A stretch of 64,000 bases of DNA from assembly GCA_963757935.1 (NCBI GenBank), contig CAVWSZ010000008.1, forward strand, positions 119,889 to 183,888. Direction: 5' to 3'. The notes beneath the pieces were generated by a model. That model was not told the origin of the DNA. It searched no databases and saw only the letters and a list, made by a program, of their open reading frames with translations. This document shows, in pieces, positions 30,124 to 41,039 of this stretch. This DNA is from an uncultured Bacteroidales bacterium (GTDB lineage Bacteria > Bacteroidota > Bacteroidia > Bacteroidales > VadinHA17). Each line of letters begins with the position of its first letter. Positions within the stretch are counted from its first letter, which is position 1. Made by a program: the position numbers and the translations under genes.

Positions 30124-32043
30124 CTATTTGAGAATATAAATGAAAACCAGTACCAGCCCTATAACGCCGGAAACAAAGACAAAAGCGTACTTCTGCAACT
30201 GTCCCGACTGGAAGCCTCTGATCTTGAATGATACAGTCTGTGTAACCCAGGCGATGCCGTTCATTGTGCCGTCAACTATATGCCTGTCAAACCATGCTAT
30301 TGGCTGTGATATGTGTTTGAAGATAATCTTATGGGTAATAAAGAGATAGAGCTCGTCAATGTAAAATTTATTGTAAGCCCATTTATATCCTAATTTAAAG
30401 GTATCCGCCATCCTTTGAGGCAGCGTAGTCTCCTTTTTGTACATTACCCAGGCGATGGCTATTCCGACAAGCCCGATCAGCACTGAAGGAATTGCTATGC
30501 CCAGTTCAATGTGCGATTCAAATGGCACACCGTCAGATGTAACAAGACTGCTGAAAGGAATAAATCCGCTGAAGACAGAAGCTGCAGCCAGGAAAATAAG
30601 CGGCACGGTCATCGTTGCCGGAGCTTCATGAGGCGTATGGTGATACTGTCTCTCCTTGCCGTGGAAAACCGAAAAATAAAGTCTGAACATGTAGAATGCG
30701 GTCAGCCCCGCAACTGCATACTGAATGGCAAAAAGCAGTTTATCATGATGGAATGCTGCGGTGAGAATCTCATCCTTGCTGAAGAAGCCTGAAAGTGGCG
30801 GTATACCCGCAATTGTAAGACATGCAATCAGGAATGTGATATGTGTTACAGGAAGATATTTTCTCAGGCCGCCCATCTCCGTCATGTAGTTTGTGTGTAC
30901 CGCATGGATCACCGCACCGGCACCGAGGAAAAGCAGAGCCTTGAACATCGCGTGTGTGAATAGGTGGAAGTTTGACGCCATGAAGCCGAGACCGTCATGA
31001 CCGCCATATCCGGATACACCGAGAGCAAACATCATATAACCTATCTGTGACATTGTGGAGTAGGCGAGAACCCTCTTTATGTCATTCTGCGTGGTCGCAA
31101 TTATTGCGGCAAAGAGAGATGATATTGCCCCGACCCAGGCTACGACTTTCAGTGCCTCAGGTGCTGCGAAAAAGTATATCGGAAACATCCTGGCAACCAG
31201 GTAAACACCCGCTACCACCATTGTAGCCGCATGTATAAGGGCCGAAACAGGAGTGGGACCTTCCATTGCATCGGGAAGCCAGATATGCAGCGGGAACATG
31301 GCTGATTTACCTGCACCGCCCATGAATATGAGTATCATCGACCAGGTCAGCACTGACATGCCCAGGAACACTGCCCCGCCGGTGCTTGTTACCGCAGGAC
31401 CGTTCAGGTCAGTAAGTGTTATGAAATCGAATGTCTTCGTGTTGAATGACAGCAGCAGTATCCCCACAAGAAACCCCAGGTCAGCAAAACGGGTAACTAT
31501 AAAGGCTTTCTTTGAGGCTCTTACCGCCGTTTCTTTGGTATAATAGAATCCGATCAGGAGATATGATGAAACACCCACCAGTTCCCAGAAAATGTACATC
31601 TGGAAGATATTGGTTGCCACAACCAGTCCAAGCATTGAAAATGTAAAGAGCGAAAGAAATGCATAAAAGCGCTCAAATCCTTTTTCTCCCTTCATATAAC
31701 CCAGACTGTAGATATGCACCATGAACGAAACGGTGCTCACAACGATCAGCATCATCACCGAAATCGGGTCAAGCAGGAATCCGATGTCGGCATGCAGCTG
31801 GTCTGTCAGGTTAAGCCATACCGAGTTGAAGGCAACAATCTTCTGAAAGACGCCGTCGGTCATTCCGTTGCCGCTGAAATAGCTGAAGGCTGTTATGTAG
31901 GACAGAGCCGTGACAATCCCCAGTGCGGTGGTTCCCACCAGCCCTGACATCTTCGCCTTGAGCTTCATCCCGAAAAGACCCAGCACCACGAAAGTGACGA
32001 AGGGAATTATCAAAATCCAAATAGTATATCCAAAATCTGCCAT
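30124..32043 (-). CDS. nuoL: NADH-quinone oxidoreductase subunit L
   Basis: 639 aa with MFPLHIWLPDAMEGPTPVSALIHAATMV. Confidence 0.93.
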   Translation of the reverse strand: MADFGYTIWILIIPFVTFVVLGLFGMKLKAKMSGLVGTTALGIVTALSYITAFSYFSGNGMTDGVFQKIVAFNSVWLNLTDQLHADIGFLLDPISVMMLIVVSTVSFMVHIYSLGYMKGEKGFERFYAFLSLFTFSMLGLVVATNIFQMYIFWELVGVSSYLLIGFYYTKETAVRASKKAFIVTRFADLGFLVGILLLSFNTKTFDFITLTDLNGPAVTSTGGAVFLGMSVLTWSMILIFMGGAGKSAMFPLHIWLPDAMEGPTPVSALIHAATMVVAGVYLVARMFPIYFFAAPEALKVVAWVGAISSLFAAIIATTQNDIKRVLAYSTMSQIGYMMFALGVSGYGGHDGLGFMASNFHLFTHAMFKALLFLGAGAVIHAVHTNYMTEMGGLRKYLPVTHITFLIACLTIAGIPPLSGFFSKDEILTAAFHHDKLLFAIQYAVAGLTAFYMFRLYFSVFHGKERQYHHTPHEAPATMTVPLIFLAAASVFSGFIPFSSLVTSDGVPFESHIELGIAIPSVLIGLVGIAIAWVMYKKETTLPQRMADTFKLGYKWAYNKFYIDELYLFITHKIIFKHISQPIAWFDRHIVDGTMNGIAWVTQTVSFKIRGFQSGQLQKYAFVFVSGVIGLVLVFIYILK

Positions 32044-32064
32044 TGTTATGCTCTTTTCTGATTA

Positions 32065-32382
32065 TCAGTACTTCATCTCATCCACGGTCTCAACATTGAT
32101 TGTGTTGAATCTTCGGTAGATGTTAATTATGATTGCAATGGCCACGGCAGCCTCGGCAGCCGCAACGGCGATGACGAACAGACTGAAAAAGTGACCGTCA
32201 AGCTTGCCCGGGAAGAGATACCTGTTGAACGCCAGAAAGTTGATATTCACTGAATTGAGTATCAGTTCCAGCGACATGAGTATCGTGATCAGGTTGCGGC
32301 GGGTAAGAAAGCCGTATATGCCTGTAAAGAACATTACTGTGGCCAGGATAATGAAAAACTCCAATGGAATGCCTGAATTCAT
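32065..32382 (-). CDS. nuoK: NADH-quinone oxidoreductase subunit K
   Basis: 105-aa protein with three TM helices and LELILNSVNINF, AAAEAAVAIAI. Confidence 0.9.
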   Translation of the reverse strand: MNSGIPLEFFIILATVMFFTGIYGFLTRRNLITILMSLELILNSVNINFLAFNRYLFPGKLDGHFFSLFVIAVAAAEAAVAIAIIINIYRRFNTINVETVDEMKY

Positions 32383-32394
32383 ATCTCTTCCTGT

Positions 32395-32928
32395 TTAGTT
32401 GTTTTTATTAACGTCTTTGCGCGGACCGCCCTTTTTCGCTATTGCGATTGCTGCTATCATTGCTGCAACCAGCAGAACCGAAATGACCTCAAATGGCAGT
32501 ACGTATCCGTCAGTCCCTGTGTTCAGGAGACTCTTACCGATAAGGTTCATGTTCACCTCGGCCGCAATGGCCTGATCTGCCTCGAATGTGTGCCTGAGTA
32601 CAGTTGTTATGACCACCACTGCCCCGAAGGCCGAAGCCAGGGCGGAGAATATCGATTTCTTCCACTCAACAGCTTCGAACTTATGGCTTATCTGGCTCGT
32701 CAGCAGGATCGAAAAGATTATCAATACCACAATACCGCCTGCATAAAGGGTTATCTGAACCGCTGCAAGGAACTGGTAGTTAAGGAGAAAGTAAAGCCCT
32801 GCCGTTGCTATCAGCACGAAGAGCAGTGAAGTAGCCGCCCTGAGGATCTTGCGGCTGGTCACGGTGAAGACCGAAAATACGACTATCACCAATGCAAAGA
32901 TTACGAACATTATCTGGCTGCCTTCCAT
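32395..32928 (-). CDS. nuoJ: NADH-quinone oxidoreductase subunit J
   Basis: 177-aa membrane subunit with LAAVQITLYAGGIVVLIIF, in operon order. Confidence 0.88.
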   Translation of the reverse strand: MEGSQIMFVIFALVIVVFSVFTVTSRKILRAATSLLFVLIATAGLYFLLNYQFLAAVQITLYAGGIVVLIIFSILLTSQISHKFEAVEWKKSIFSALASAFGAVVVITTVLRHTFEADQAIAAEVNMNLIGKSLLNTGTDGYVLPFEVISVLLVAAMIAAIAIAKKGGPRKDVNKNN

Positions 32929-33408
32929 TACTCGACTCCTTTCATAAGTTTTGATCCCGGCTGGTTAAGCACTTTGGTGAGCTTCGTCCTGTCAAAGACT
33001 GCATGCTCAAACTCCTGTCCGAAGGCCAGAGCCTGCGACGGACAGGTCTTGACACACAGTCCGCAGAAAGTGCACATCCCGAGATGATATATATGCTTGT
33101 CTATAATTCTCTGCTTTTTGCCCTCCTCATTTACTATGGAGGCCGAGATGATCTCAATTGAACCGTTGGGGCAGTTGATCTCGCAGATGCCGCAACCGGT
33201 GCATTTATGTTCATTCTTTTCATTGTGAGGCATTATAACCTCACCCTTGAATTTGTCGAACATTTTCAGCTCCGCACGGTTATTCGGATACTGCTGGGTC
33301 AGGGTGGTTCCCGGCTTGAAGAAGTACTTGCCGGTGACTGTCATCCCGGTAAGAAGCGACTTTACGCCGTTGAAGATGCCCTTTGAAATATTCTGTTACA
33401 CTATTCAT
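32928..33408 (-). CDS. nuoI: NADH-quinone oxidoreductase subunit I. +1 insertion near 33380; the main ORF is 32928..33344.
   Basis: Two 4Fe-4S motifs, CTGCGICEINCP and CTFCGLCVKTCP. The N-terminus MNSVTEYFKG/IFNGVKSLLTG lies in the adjacent frame. Confidence 0.9.
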
Positions 33409-33429
33409 AACTTTCTTATATTCATGCTA

Positions 33430-34518
33430 TTACCAATGCCATCCTTTTAATACGAGGAAGGCCATCAGCAGCAGGTTGAAAATATTTATCGGGAGGAGGT
33501 ATTTCCACTCCAGGGTCAGAAGCTGGTCGATCCTCAATCTGGGAAAAGTCCATTTCAGCCACATCATTATGAAGACCACACCGAAGGTTTTTGCCAGATA
33601 CCAGAGGAACGGCGGAATGAAATCCATCACAGCGTTGAATCCGTCGAGCCCGGTAATGTGGAAAGGCATCCAGCCGCCCAGGAAAATGGTTGCAGCAATC
33701 GATGCGATGATGAACATGTTTATGTATTCGGCCAGGAAGAAGAATGCGAACCTGATCCCCGAATATTCGGTGTGATATCCTGCCGTCAGCTCTGATTCGG
33801 CTTCCGCCAGGTCAAAAGGCCCTCTGTTGGTCTCAGCGGTGCCTGCGATAATATATATTACAAACGCTATCACTGCCGGGATGTGTCCCTTGAATATGAA
33901 CCAGCCCCATCTCTGTGCTTCGACCATCTCAGAGAGCTGCATCGTGCCGGCAAGCACTACCATTGTCACCAGCGCCAGCCCTACAGACAGCTCATAGCTT
34001 ACAATCTGGGCGCCGCTTCTCATGGCTCCGATGAGCGAGTACTTGTTGTTGCTTGCCCATCCGGCCAGCAGCACACCTATGACTCCCATTGACGAGATGG
34101 CCATCAGGTAGAAGATACCGATGTCAAGGTCGATGGCCTGAAGGCCCTTGGAGAAAGGAATTGCCCCTATGGCCATGAATGAGGCTATAATAACAATATA
34201 AGGTGCCAGGTTAAAGAGTATCCTGTCTGCATTCTTTATCGGCACAAGCTCGACAAACAGCAGCTTGACAAGGTCGGCAATGGTCTGAAAGATACCGCCG
34301 GGGCCAACCCTGTTGGGTCCGAGACGGTTCTGCATAAGGGCACATACCTTTCTTTCAAGGTAGACCAGGAAAAGCCCTACCACCGCATAAAACGTCAGGA
34401 TTGCGACACCGATGATGATCCACTCAACTGCTGTTGCCCATCCGGGCGACATTGAAGCACGGAGACTGCTGTCAATCCATGCTGTAAATGAGGAGAAATC
34501 GTATATACTAAACTCCAT
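33430..34518 (-). CDS. nuoH: NADH-quinone oxidoreductase subunit H
   Basis: [43 protein letters not shown]. Confidence 0.93.
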   Translation of the reverse strand: MEFSIYDFSSFTAWIDSSLRASMSPGWATAVEWIIIGVAILTFYAVVGLFLVYLERKVCALMQNRLGPNRVGPGGIFQTIADLVKLLFVELVPIKNADRILFNLAPYIVIIASFMAIGAIPFSKGLQAIDLDIGIFYLMAISSMGVIGVLLAGWASNNKYSLIGAMRSGAQIVSYELSVGLALVTMVVLAGTMQLSEMVEAQRWGWFIFKGHIPAVIAFVIYIIAGTAETNRGPFDLAEAESELTAGYHTEYSGIRFAFFFLAEYINMFIIASIAATIFLGGWMPFHITGLDGFNAVMDFIPPFLWYLAKTFGVVFIMMWLKWTFPRLRIDQLLTLEWKYLLPINIFNLLLMAFLVLKGWHW

Positions 34519-34535
34519 ATCAGGATTCTGTTTTG

Positions 34536-35657
34536 TTATCTGTCAATATCGGGAATGATGAGGTCGAGTGAACCGCTGATGGCTACCAGGTCAGCAATCT
34601 TGGAACCTTTTGACATTATGTTCAGCGGAGCCAGGTTCACAAAGTTGGGTGAACGGAATTTGACCCTGTAGGGATACTTGTTGCCGTCACTGACAATATA
34701 TACTCCCAGTTCTCCTCTTGCCGTCTCGACACTCTGGAAATATTCTCCCTCGGGCAGCTTGATTACCGGCTTCATCTTCTCGGTCCACGGTCCCTCGGGT
34801 ATATTATCAATAAGCTGGTCTATGATGTTCATTGACTCCAGCATCTCATCCATCCTCACCTTGTACCTGTGGAATGTATCTCCTTCGTTATACAGGATCT
34901 CATTGAAGGTAACTTTGTCATAAGCGCTGTAGGGATTGTGTTTGCGGATATCGCAGGAGAAGCCTGATGCACGTCCCACCGGACCTGTCATACCCCAGTC
35001 AATTGCATCTTCACGTGTGACTTTTCCTATCCCCTTCGTGCGCTCCTGGAATATGACGTTGCCGGTCAGCAGATCATCATATTCATGTATTGTCTTGCGG
35101 AAATACTTGATAAACTCCTTCGTTCTCTTCTGGAAGTTGGGATGGATGTCATTCATCAGCCCGCCGGGAGCATTGTAGCTTACGATCATCCTTCCGCCGC
35201 AGGTTTCTTCGAAGATGTCAAGGACCTTTTCGCGGTCACGCAGTCCGTAAAAGAAACAGGTGAGTCCGCCGAGGTCCATCCCGAAGGTGGCCCAGAATAG
35301 CTGGTGCGACTGAATCCTGGTAAGCTCACTCAGGATTGTACGTATGTATTTTACCCTGTCTGACACTTCTATGCCAAGAGCCTTTTCAACAGTCAGGCAT
35401 ACTGCTTCATTGTTGATGTGGGCTGACAGGTAGTCCATCCTGTCTGTGAGATGAATGATCTGGGGGTAGGTCATGCTTTCACACATTTTCTCAATCCCCC
35501 GGTGGATATAACCGATGTGCGGCTGCACATTCTGAACTATCTCGCCTTTAAGTGAAACAACCAGCCGAAGCACTCCGTGAGTCGACGGATGCTGCGGGCC
35601 CATGTTGATCACATACTCTTCGTTCTCCGGAACGACGCCTTTTACTGCTTCTTCCAT
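34536..35657 (-). CDS. nuoD: NADH-quinone oxidoreductase subunit D
   Basis: [25 protein letters not shown], and the C-terminal DLIIPDIDR. Confidence 0.93.
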   Translation of the reverse strand: MEEAVKGVVPENEEYVINMGPQHPSTHGVLRLVVSLKGEIVQNVQPHIGYIHRGIEKMCESMTYPQIIHLTDRMDYLSAHINNEAVCLTVEKALGIEVSDRVKYIRTILSELTRIQSHQLFWATFGMDLGGLTCFFYGLRDREKVLDIFEETCGGRMIVSYNAPGGLMNDIHPNFQKRTKEFIKYFRKTIHEYDDLLTGNVIFQERTKGIGKVTREDAIDWGMTGPVGRASGFSCDIRKHNPYSAYDKVTFNEILYNEGDTFHRYKVRMDEMLESMNIIDQLIDNIPEGPWTEKMKPVIKLPEGEYFQSVETARGELGVYIVSDGNKYPYRVKFRSPNFVNLAPLNIMSKGSKIADLVAISGSLDLIIPDIDR

Positions 35658-35660
35658 ATG

Positions 35661-36116
35661 CTACTTGCCTAGAATATTTATGTCGTCCTTATAATCTTTT
35701 CTCAGCGGGAAGCCCCATGTGCTGTCAAGGAACAGCCGGCGCAGGTCGGGATGACCCCTGAATTTTATTCCGAGAAGGTCATATACCTCTCTCTCGTGAA
35801 ACTCTGCCGACTTATAAACAGGGCAGAGGGAGTCGATCTCAGGGTTTTCCCTGTCTGAGACTCTTGTCTTCACGACAAGCATATGATTGAATTCTGTAGA
35901 TCTGAGGTGATATACTGTCCCGAGGTCAGTACCCCAATCCATGCCGGTAAGTGATACCAGCAGGTCGAGAGATGTTTCCCTGTTGAATTTCAGGGCAGAG
36001 ACAACCTTTACAAGGTTTTCAGGCAAAACGGTTATCTCCACGAATTGCAGACCCTCGGTGACAACCGAGTCCTGGGCAAGCGAGGCCGCTGCAGCAGCCA
36101 GTTGTTTCTTTTCCAT
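35661..36116 (-). CDS. nuoC: NADH-quinone oxidoreductase subunit C
   Basis: YKSAEFHEREVYDLLGIKFRGHPDLRR. Confidence 0.9.
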   Translation of the reverse strand: MEKKQLAAAAASLAQDSVVTEGLQFVEITVLPENLVKVVSALKFNRETSLDLLVSLTGMDWGTDLGTVYHLRSTEFNHMLVVKTRVSDRENPEIDSLCPVYKSAEFHEREVYDLLGIKFRGHPDLRRLFLDSTWGFPLRKDYKDDINILGK

Positions 36117-36122
36117 GTTTTG

Positions 36123-36683
36123 TTACAGGGTGTTATGTGACTCACTGCGTTTTTTCCTCGACTTCATTGTCTCCGTCTCGATTTTCCTTTGCAGCTGTAT
36201 CATACCGTACAGAAGGGCTTCAGGACGGGGAGGGCAGCCAGGTACAAATACGTCCACCGGAATTATATGGTCAACCCCTTTTACAACATTATATGAGTTC
36301 AGATAGAAAGGCCCGCCTGAGACTGCGCAGGCACCCATGGCAACTACATATTTGGGCTCAGACATCTGGTCATAAAGCATTTTTAGCACAGGTGCCATCT
36401 TGTTTGTGATGGTGCCGGCAACAACAATGACGTCAGCCTGGCGCGGTGAGGCCCTGTATACTTCCATGCCGAAACGGGCAAAATCGTGACGGGGCGCACC
36501 TGCTGCCATCATCTCGATACCACAGCAGCTTGTTGCAAATGTCAGCGGCCATAGTGAATTCTTACGACCCCAGTTGATGACGCCGTCAATCGATGCCAGG
36601 AATACATTTGCTCCTGATTCCTGCAGTTTTGCCAGGGTTTCATTGTCCCTGAACTCCTCTTTCTTTATACCTTTTATTCCCAT
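36123..36683 (-). CDS. nuoB: NADH-quinone oxidoreductase subunit B. Start taken at [10 protein letters not shown]; the ORF-track upstream extension overlaps nuoA.
   Basis: [36 protein letters not shown]. Confidence 0.92.
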   Translation of the reverse strand: MGIKGIKKEEFRDNETLAKLQESGANVFLASIDGVINWGRKNSLWPLTFATSCCGIEMMAAGAPRHDFARFGMEVYRASPRQADVIVVAGTITNKMAPVLKMLYDQMSEPKYVVAMGACAVSGGPFYLNSYNVVKGVDHIIPVDVFVPGCPPRPEALLYGMIQLQRKIETETMKSRKKRSESHNTL

Positions 36684-37024
36684 GTCAGAGCGTGTTTTTT
36701 CCATGCGTAAGCAAGCCCGAGACCCAGGATAAATATGAATACCACAATTTCGATGAAGGCTACCATGCCTACCTCGCGCATCACTGCCGCCCACGGAAAG
36801 AGAAAGACTATCTCCGCATCAAAGACAAGGAACAGGATGGCAAAGAGATAATACCCTACATTGAACTGTAACCAGGTAGTCCCTTTGGTGGGAATACCGC
36901 ATTCATAAGGGTCAAACTTCTGCGGTGAAAAGGATCGCGGAGCCACATAACCGGAGAAAATCAGCACTACTCCGACAAAAATGGCCCCTACTAAAAATAA
37001 AAGAACAAGGGCTTGGTTACTCAT
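36674..37024 (-). CDS. nuoA: NADH-quinone oxidoreductase subunit A
   Basis: 116-aa protein with three TM helices and [22 protein letters not shown]. Confidence 0.9.
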   Translation of the reverse strand: MSNQALVLLFLVGAIFVGVVLIFSGYVAPRSFSPQKFDPYECGIPTKGTTWLQFNVGYYLFAILFLVFDAEIVFLFPWAAVMREVGMVAFIEIVVFIFILGLGLAYAWKKHALTWE

Positions 37025-37062
37025 AATTTATGGATTTATATATATATGATTCAGAACCGCCG

Positions 37063-37099
37063 CAAAGATATCTTTCCCAAATTTTTGCTGACAAAGATA
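37063..37099 (-). promoter_or_regulatory. Two tandem -7 boxes (TATCTTTG on the minus strand) upstream of nuoA
   Basis: caaagata occurs at 37063..37070 and 37092..37099 on the plus strand, which is TAnnTTTG on the nuo strand. They lie 39 and 68 nt upstream of the nuoA ATG. Confidence 0.45.
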
Positions 37100-37218
37100 T
37101 GATAATTATCATTTTTGTGTGAATCAAAAAACAAAGGTCAGATTAATAAGATGTTCAATGCTACTAAATTAACAAAAGCCGGTTCTGGCAAATATGCTCA
37201 ACAACACAAAACTGTCAA

Positions 37219-38481
37219 TTATTTGCTGTTCAGGCTTTCCGGGAGCAGCAGCATGGAGTCGCCGTAGCTCAGAAACCGGTAACCGGATGCAAGGGCATGA
37301 CTGTAAATGTCCTTCCAGGCATCTCCCGTCAGGGCCGCAACCAGGAGGAGCAGAGTGCTTCGGGGCTGATGAAAGTTAGTTATAAGCCCTTTTACAATCC
37401 TGAACCGGTACCCCGGAACAATAATTATGTCCGTCTTAACCTCAACCTTAACCTCAACCTCAACCTCAACCTCAGCCTTAACCTCAACCCTCCGATGCAT
37501 CCACTCCAGCAGATGGTCAAGGGCGCTTTCAGCACTGATCAGGCTATCGTGCTCATATGGCTCCCACTGCGATACGGATGGGATTTCTTCATCCGCGATC
37601 CTTCCGGCTGCAATGGCCGCCCCGAGCCAGTAAATGCTCTCAAGTGTCCTCACTGTAGTGGTGCCCACAGCTACAATATTGCCTTGACGAAGTTCATGAA
37701 TTGTCTTGGCTGATATATAAAAATGCTCGGTATGCATCCTGTGATCCGAGATATTTTCTGACTTCACGGGCCTGAAGGTGCCGGCACTGACGTGGAGTGT
37801 GACTTCGGCATGCTTAATGCCGGCACGGTCGAGGTCCTCCATTACAGCAGGTGTAAAATGAAGTCCTGCTGTCGGGGCTGCCACTGAACCGTCAATGCTT
37901 GCATAGGTTGTCTGATAACGGTTCCTGTCACTCTCCTCATCCTCCCTTCCGAGATAGGGGGGTATCGGAACATGTCCCAGGGAGTCAAGGATCTCACCGA
38001 ATGTAATCCGGGGATCATCCCATGCGAATCTGATCCTGAAAGCATCACCGGAGGCTGAAATCCTTTCAGCATACAGCTTATGGTCTGCCCCCGCCAGCTG
38101 AAACACTGCTGTCAGCCTGCCGTTCTTCCATCTTTTCAGGTTTCCAACAAGGCAAATCCATTCCACTCCTGACGGGGAGGCGAGGCTTTGAGAAATTTCG
38201 CGGGGCTCATGTGGCTCAAGACAGAATATCTCAATCGCGGCACCACTCTCTTTTTTAAACAGGAGTCTTGCCCGTATGACCCTTGTGTTATTGAAAACCA
38301 GCATACTGCCTGGGGCAATGAGGCTGGGAAGGTCCCTGAAAGTCATGTCGGTAATGCCTGATCCGTTCCAGACCAGCAACCGTGATGAGTCCCTCTCCTT
38401 CAAGGGATAACGCGCGATCCGTTCATCCGGAAGGTCATACGTGAAGTCTTCAATTCTGATATTTTGTGGAACTTTTGTCAT
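37219..38481 (-). CDS. queA: S-adenosylmethionine:tRNA ribosyltransferase-isomerase, carrying an in-frame (EV/KV)n repeat insertion
   Basis: FTYDLPDERIARYPL, IPPYL, YQTTYA, APTAGLHFT, GTTTVRTLES, ITNFHQPRSTLLLLV. Start taken at MTKVPQN. Confidence 0.9.
   Translation of the reverse strand: MTKVPQNIRIEDFTYDLPDERIARYPLKERDSSRLLVWNGSGITDMTFRDLPSLIAPGSMLVFNNTRVIRARLLFKKESGAAIEIFCLEPHEPREISQSLASPSGVEWICLVGNLKRWKNGRLTAVFQLAGADHKLYAERISASGDAFRIRFAWDDPRITFGEILDSLGHVPIPPYLGREDEESDRNRYQTTYASIDGSVAAPTAGLHFTPAVMEDLDRAGIKHAEVTLHVSAGTFRPVKSENISDHRMHTEHFYISAKTIHELRQGNIVAVGTTTVRTLESIYWLGAAIAAGRIADEEIPSVSQWEPYEHDSLISAESALDHLLEWMHRRVEVKAEVEVEVEVKVEVKTDIIIVPGYRFRIVKGLITNFHQPRSTLLLLVAALTGDAWKDIYSHALASGYRFLSYGDSMLLLPESLNSK
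37435..37488 (+). repeat. Tandem hexamer microsatellite (CTCAAC/CTTAAC/CTCAGC) x9 inside queA
   Basis: cttaac ctcaac cttaac ctcaac ctcaac ctcaac ctcagc cttaac ctcaac. It reads VEVKAEVEVEVEVKVEVK on the queA strand. Confidence 0.95.
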
Positions 38482-38554
38482 TAGCTTTCCGGTGCGCCAA
38501 AAATAGCTAATTTTAACACAAATTCTCACGGCCCGTTAGTTGGAAACGCTTAAT

Positions 38555-38854
38555 ATGACTGCAAGCTCAGGAAACAAAATAAGGGAAATCGACCTGCATC
38601 TGAAGGAAGGGTATAACATGCCGGATGCGGTTGAGAGGCAGCTTGCCAGGTTCAGGGCTGAACTTGACAGCGCGGTCAGAAGCGGGTTAAGGGAAATTAT
38701 CTTCATCCACGGCATTGGCAACGGAAAACTAAAGCAGGAGTTGAGGAAAATCATTGAAACACATTATAAAACATGCAGTTATCAGGATGCGTCCTTTAGC
38801 AAATATGGCTTTGGAGGGGCGACTCTTGTGACATTGAAGAAAAACAAAATCTGA
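38555..38854 (+). CDS. Smr (MutS2 C-terminal-like) domain protein
   Basis: EIDLHLK...LREIIFIHGIGNGKLKQELRKII. The ORF-track start at 38540 is a TTG, so the ATG at 38555 is preferred. Confidence 0.7.
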   Translation: MTASSGNKIREIDLHLKEGYNMPDAVERQLARFRAELDSAVRSGLREIIFIHGIGNGKLKQELRKIIETHYKTCSYQDASFSKYGFGGATLVTLKKNKI

Positions 38855-40219
38855 TGGGATACCTTAGTTTTGACCCCTGGCTTCAGGTGTCCGGTGGAAC
38901 TTTTACCGAGACCTCCCCGGAAGAGATGAAGCAGGTTCTGAATGAAGCGGACATAGCCTGGCAGACCTGGCGCAGGGTACCTTTAAACAAAAGACTCGGA
39001 AATCTCCTGACTCTTGGCGCTTATCTCACTTCAAACCGTGATGAACTGGCCTCTGTTATGGCTTCGGAAATGGGTAAACCGGTGAGACAGGGTCTTGCTG
39101 AGATCGATAAATGCGTCTTGCTTTGCGGTTATTATGCCGAACATGCAGAGCAGATGCTTGCACCTCAGAAAATTGCCTCCTCCGCAAGAGAAAGCTTCAT
39201 TTACTACGAACCTCAGGGAGTGATCCTGGGTGTTATGCCCTGGAATTTTCCTTTCTGGCAGGTTTTCAGGTTTATCGTTCCAACCTTGGCAGGAGGCAAC
39301 GGTGCCCTGCTCAAACATGCTTCCAATGTGCCGCGGTGTGCTCTTGCCATTGAAAAGGCAGTAGTTGCATCCGGATTCCCCCCGGGTCTCTTCAGATCCC
39401 TGTTTCCGAGCCACAAACAGGTTGATGAACTTATTGCATCACCCCTTATCAGGGGCGTTTCCCTTACAGGCAGCAGTGAAGCCGGGGCTGAGATCGCCTC
39501 GGTGGCAGGCAGGAATCTTAAAAAGGTGGTAATGGAACTTGGGGGAAGTGATCCTTTTATTGTCTTCCCTGATGCTGATATCGAAAGGGCCGTTGATGCT
39601 GCAGTATTCTCACGCTTTCAGAACTGCGGACAGAGCTGCATCGCAGCAAAGAGATTCATTGTACACGAAGATATCTATGGCTTGTTCAAGGGCCTTTTCC
39701 TGTCGAAAGTTGCTGCACTCAGGGTGGGTGATCCCCTGGATATTACCACTGATGTCGGACCGATGGCAAGCGTAAATGCGGCTGATGACCTTGAAAGACA
39801 GATTAATGACACAATTGCCCTGGGAGCGGTGTTGCTCTGTGGCGGACGTGACCGTTCTGCCGGTCCGGCGGTGTTTAATCCTGCCGTGGTTGAAAATATA
39901 CTCATTACAGCTCCTCTGGCGTGCGAGGAGGTCTTCGGACCTGTTGCAGCCCTGTTTTCCTTCAGGACTTATGAGGAAGCCGTCAAGATGGCAAACAGGA
40001 CACCTTTCGGGTTGGGTGCGACAGTCTGGACTGCGGATGAAAGTACTGCAATGAGGGTGGCCCGTGAAATTGATGCAGGCACGGTGGCTGTCAACGGATT
40101 TGTGAAGTCAGAGCCGGGACTTGCCATTCGGCGGTGTAAAGGAATCAGGATTCGGCCGTGAGCTGGCAGCCCAGGGTTTGCATGAATTCCTCAATATCAA
40201 AACAGTAAGTATTTTTTAA
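38854..40219 (+). CDS. NAD(P)-dependent aldehyde / succinate-semialdehyde dehydrogenase. +1 insertion near 40123; the main ORF ends at 40161.
   Basis: [11 protein letters not shown] and [14 protein letters not shown] (catalytic Cys). The true tail [28 protein letters not shown] lies in the +1 frame. Confidence 0.82.
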
Positions 40220-40232
40220 TTTCGTACCTTCG

Positions 40233-40608
40233 CAGCCTGCAGGCCGTTCCATCGCTCCCCGCCGCAGGGCGGAGGGAGGAAAGTCCGGGCAACAGAGAGC
40301 ACCATCCTTCCTAACGGGAAGATATCCGAAAGGGTATAGCAGTGTAACAGAAAATAACAGTCCCGCATTGCGGGGAATTGGTGAAAAGGTGAGGTAAAGG
40401 CTCACCGGTTCCGGCGGTGACGCCGGGAGCCGTACACCTGATGGGTTGAAAGACCGTGTATACCGGCGTCTGAGGGCTGCTCGCCCGAGCCGGGGGGTAG
40501 GTCGTTCGATCCCGCAAGCAATTGCGGGGCAAGATAAATGATGGAACAGGTGCAAAACCCTCTTGCAGGGTGACGCACCCCGACAGAATCCGGCTTACAG
40601 GCCTGCTG
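40233..40608 (+). ncRNA. rnpB: RNase P RNA, bacterial type A
   Basis: GGAGGGAGGAAAGTCCGGGC, GGTGAAAAGGTGAGGTAAAGGCTCACCGG, and ACAGAATCCGGCTTA near the 3' end. P1 pairing is gcaggcc / ggcctgc. Confidence 0.92.
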
Positions 40609-40617
40609 TTAAAATAA

Positions 40618-40648
40618 AAATGCCGCCCCTCCGGACGGCATTTTTATT
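40618..40648. terminator. Bidirectional intrinsic terminator between rnpB and the convergent LolA-like gene
   Basis: atgccg-N10-cggcat hairpin flanked by an A-run (aaaataaaaa) and a T-run (ttttt). Confidence 0.7.
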
Positions 40649-40682
40649 GTTAAGCCTTCGTTTCGGGAAGCAATCTGAATGG

Positions 40683-41039
40683 TTATTTCAGGGTGAAAAT
40701 AGAATCATCCATTTCCCTGTCTATCTCCACCTTGTCAAAGGTCATTCCCCCTGCTTCCATGCCGTTTACAAAAGAGGTGGTGACCTTCGGGAATTTGATG
40801 CCGTTGACATCCATATATTCCTTTGTATATGTTTCAACCTCATAATCCTGTCCCATCTGGTTTACAGTAGCGACTGCCTTGACAATCATGCTGCTTGCCT
40901 TGTCAATGAAAATATATGACGGTTTTCCCTCTTCAGCTGTTGCCTCGATCTTGAAGGCAGGCTGTCCGTTCACATCTTCTTCCCCAAGGAGTTTCAGTTT
41001 CCCGGCACGGAACTGATCAAGCAACTGATTGTGGAACAT
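40683..41039 (-). CDS. Exported LolA-like / outer-membrane lipoprotein-sorting family protein, C-terminal fragment
   Basis: Continuation of the 41017..41388 fragment after a +1 insertion near 41030. The family assignment is from general resemblance only. Confidence 0.45.
   Translation of the reverse strand: MFHNQLLDQFRAGKLKLLGEEDVNGQPAFKIEATAEEGKPSYIFIDKASSMIVKAVATVNQMGQDYEVETYTKEYMDVNGIKFPKVTTSFVNGMEAGGMTFDKVEIDREMDDSIFTLK

Noticed and set aside
40145-40555. ORF-track entries of 136 aa and 73 aa on the minus strand (40145..40555 and 40311..40532).
   Set aside because: They lie entirely within or antisense to the RNase P RNA gene, which has its conserved GGAAAGTCCGGGC and ACAGAATCCGGCTTA elements. 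They are spurious translations of a structured RNA.
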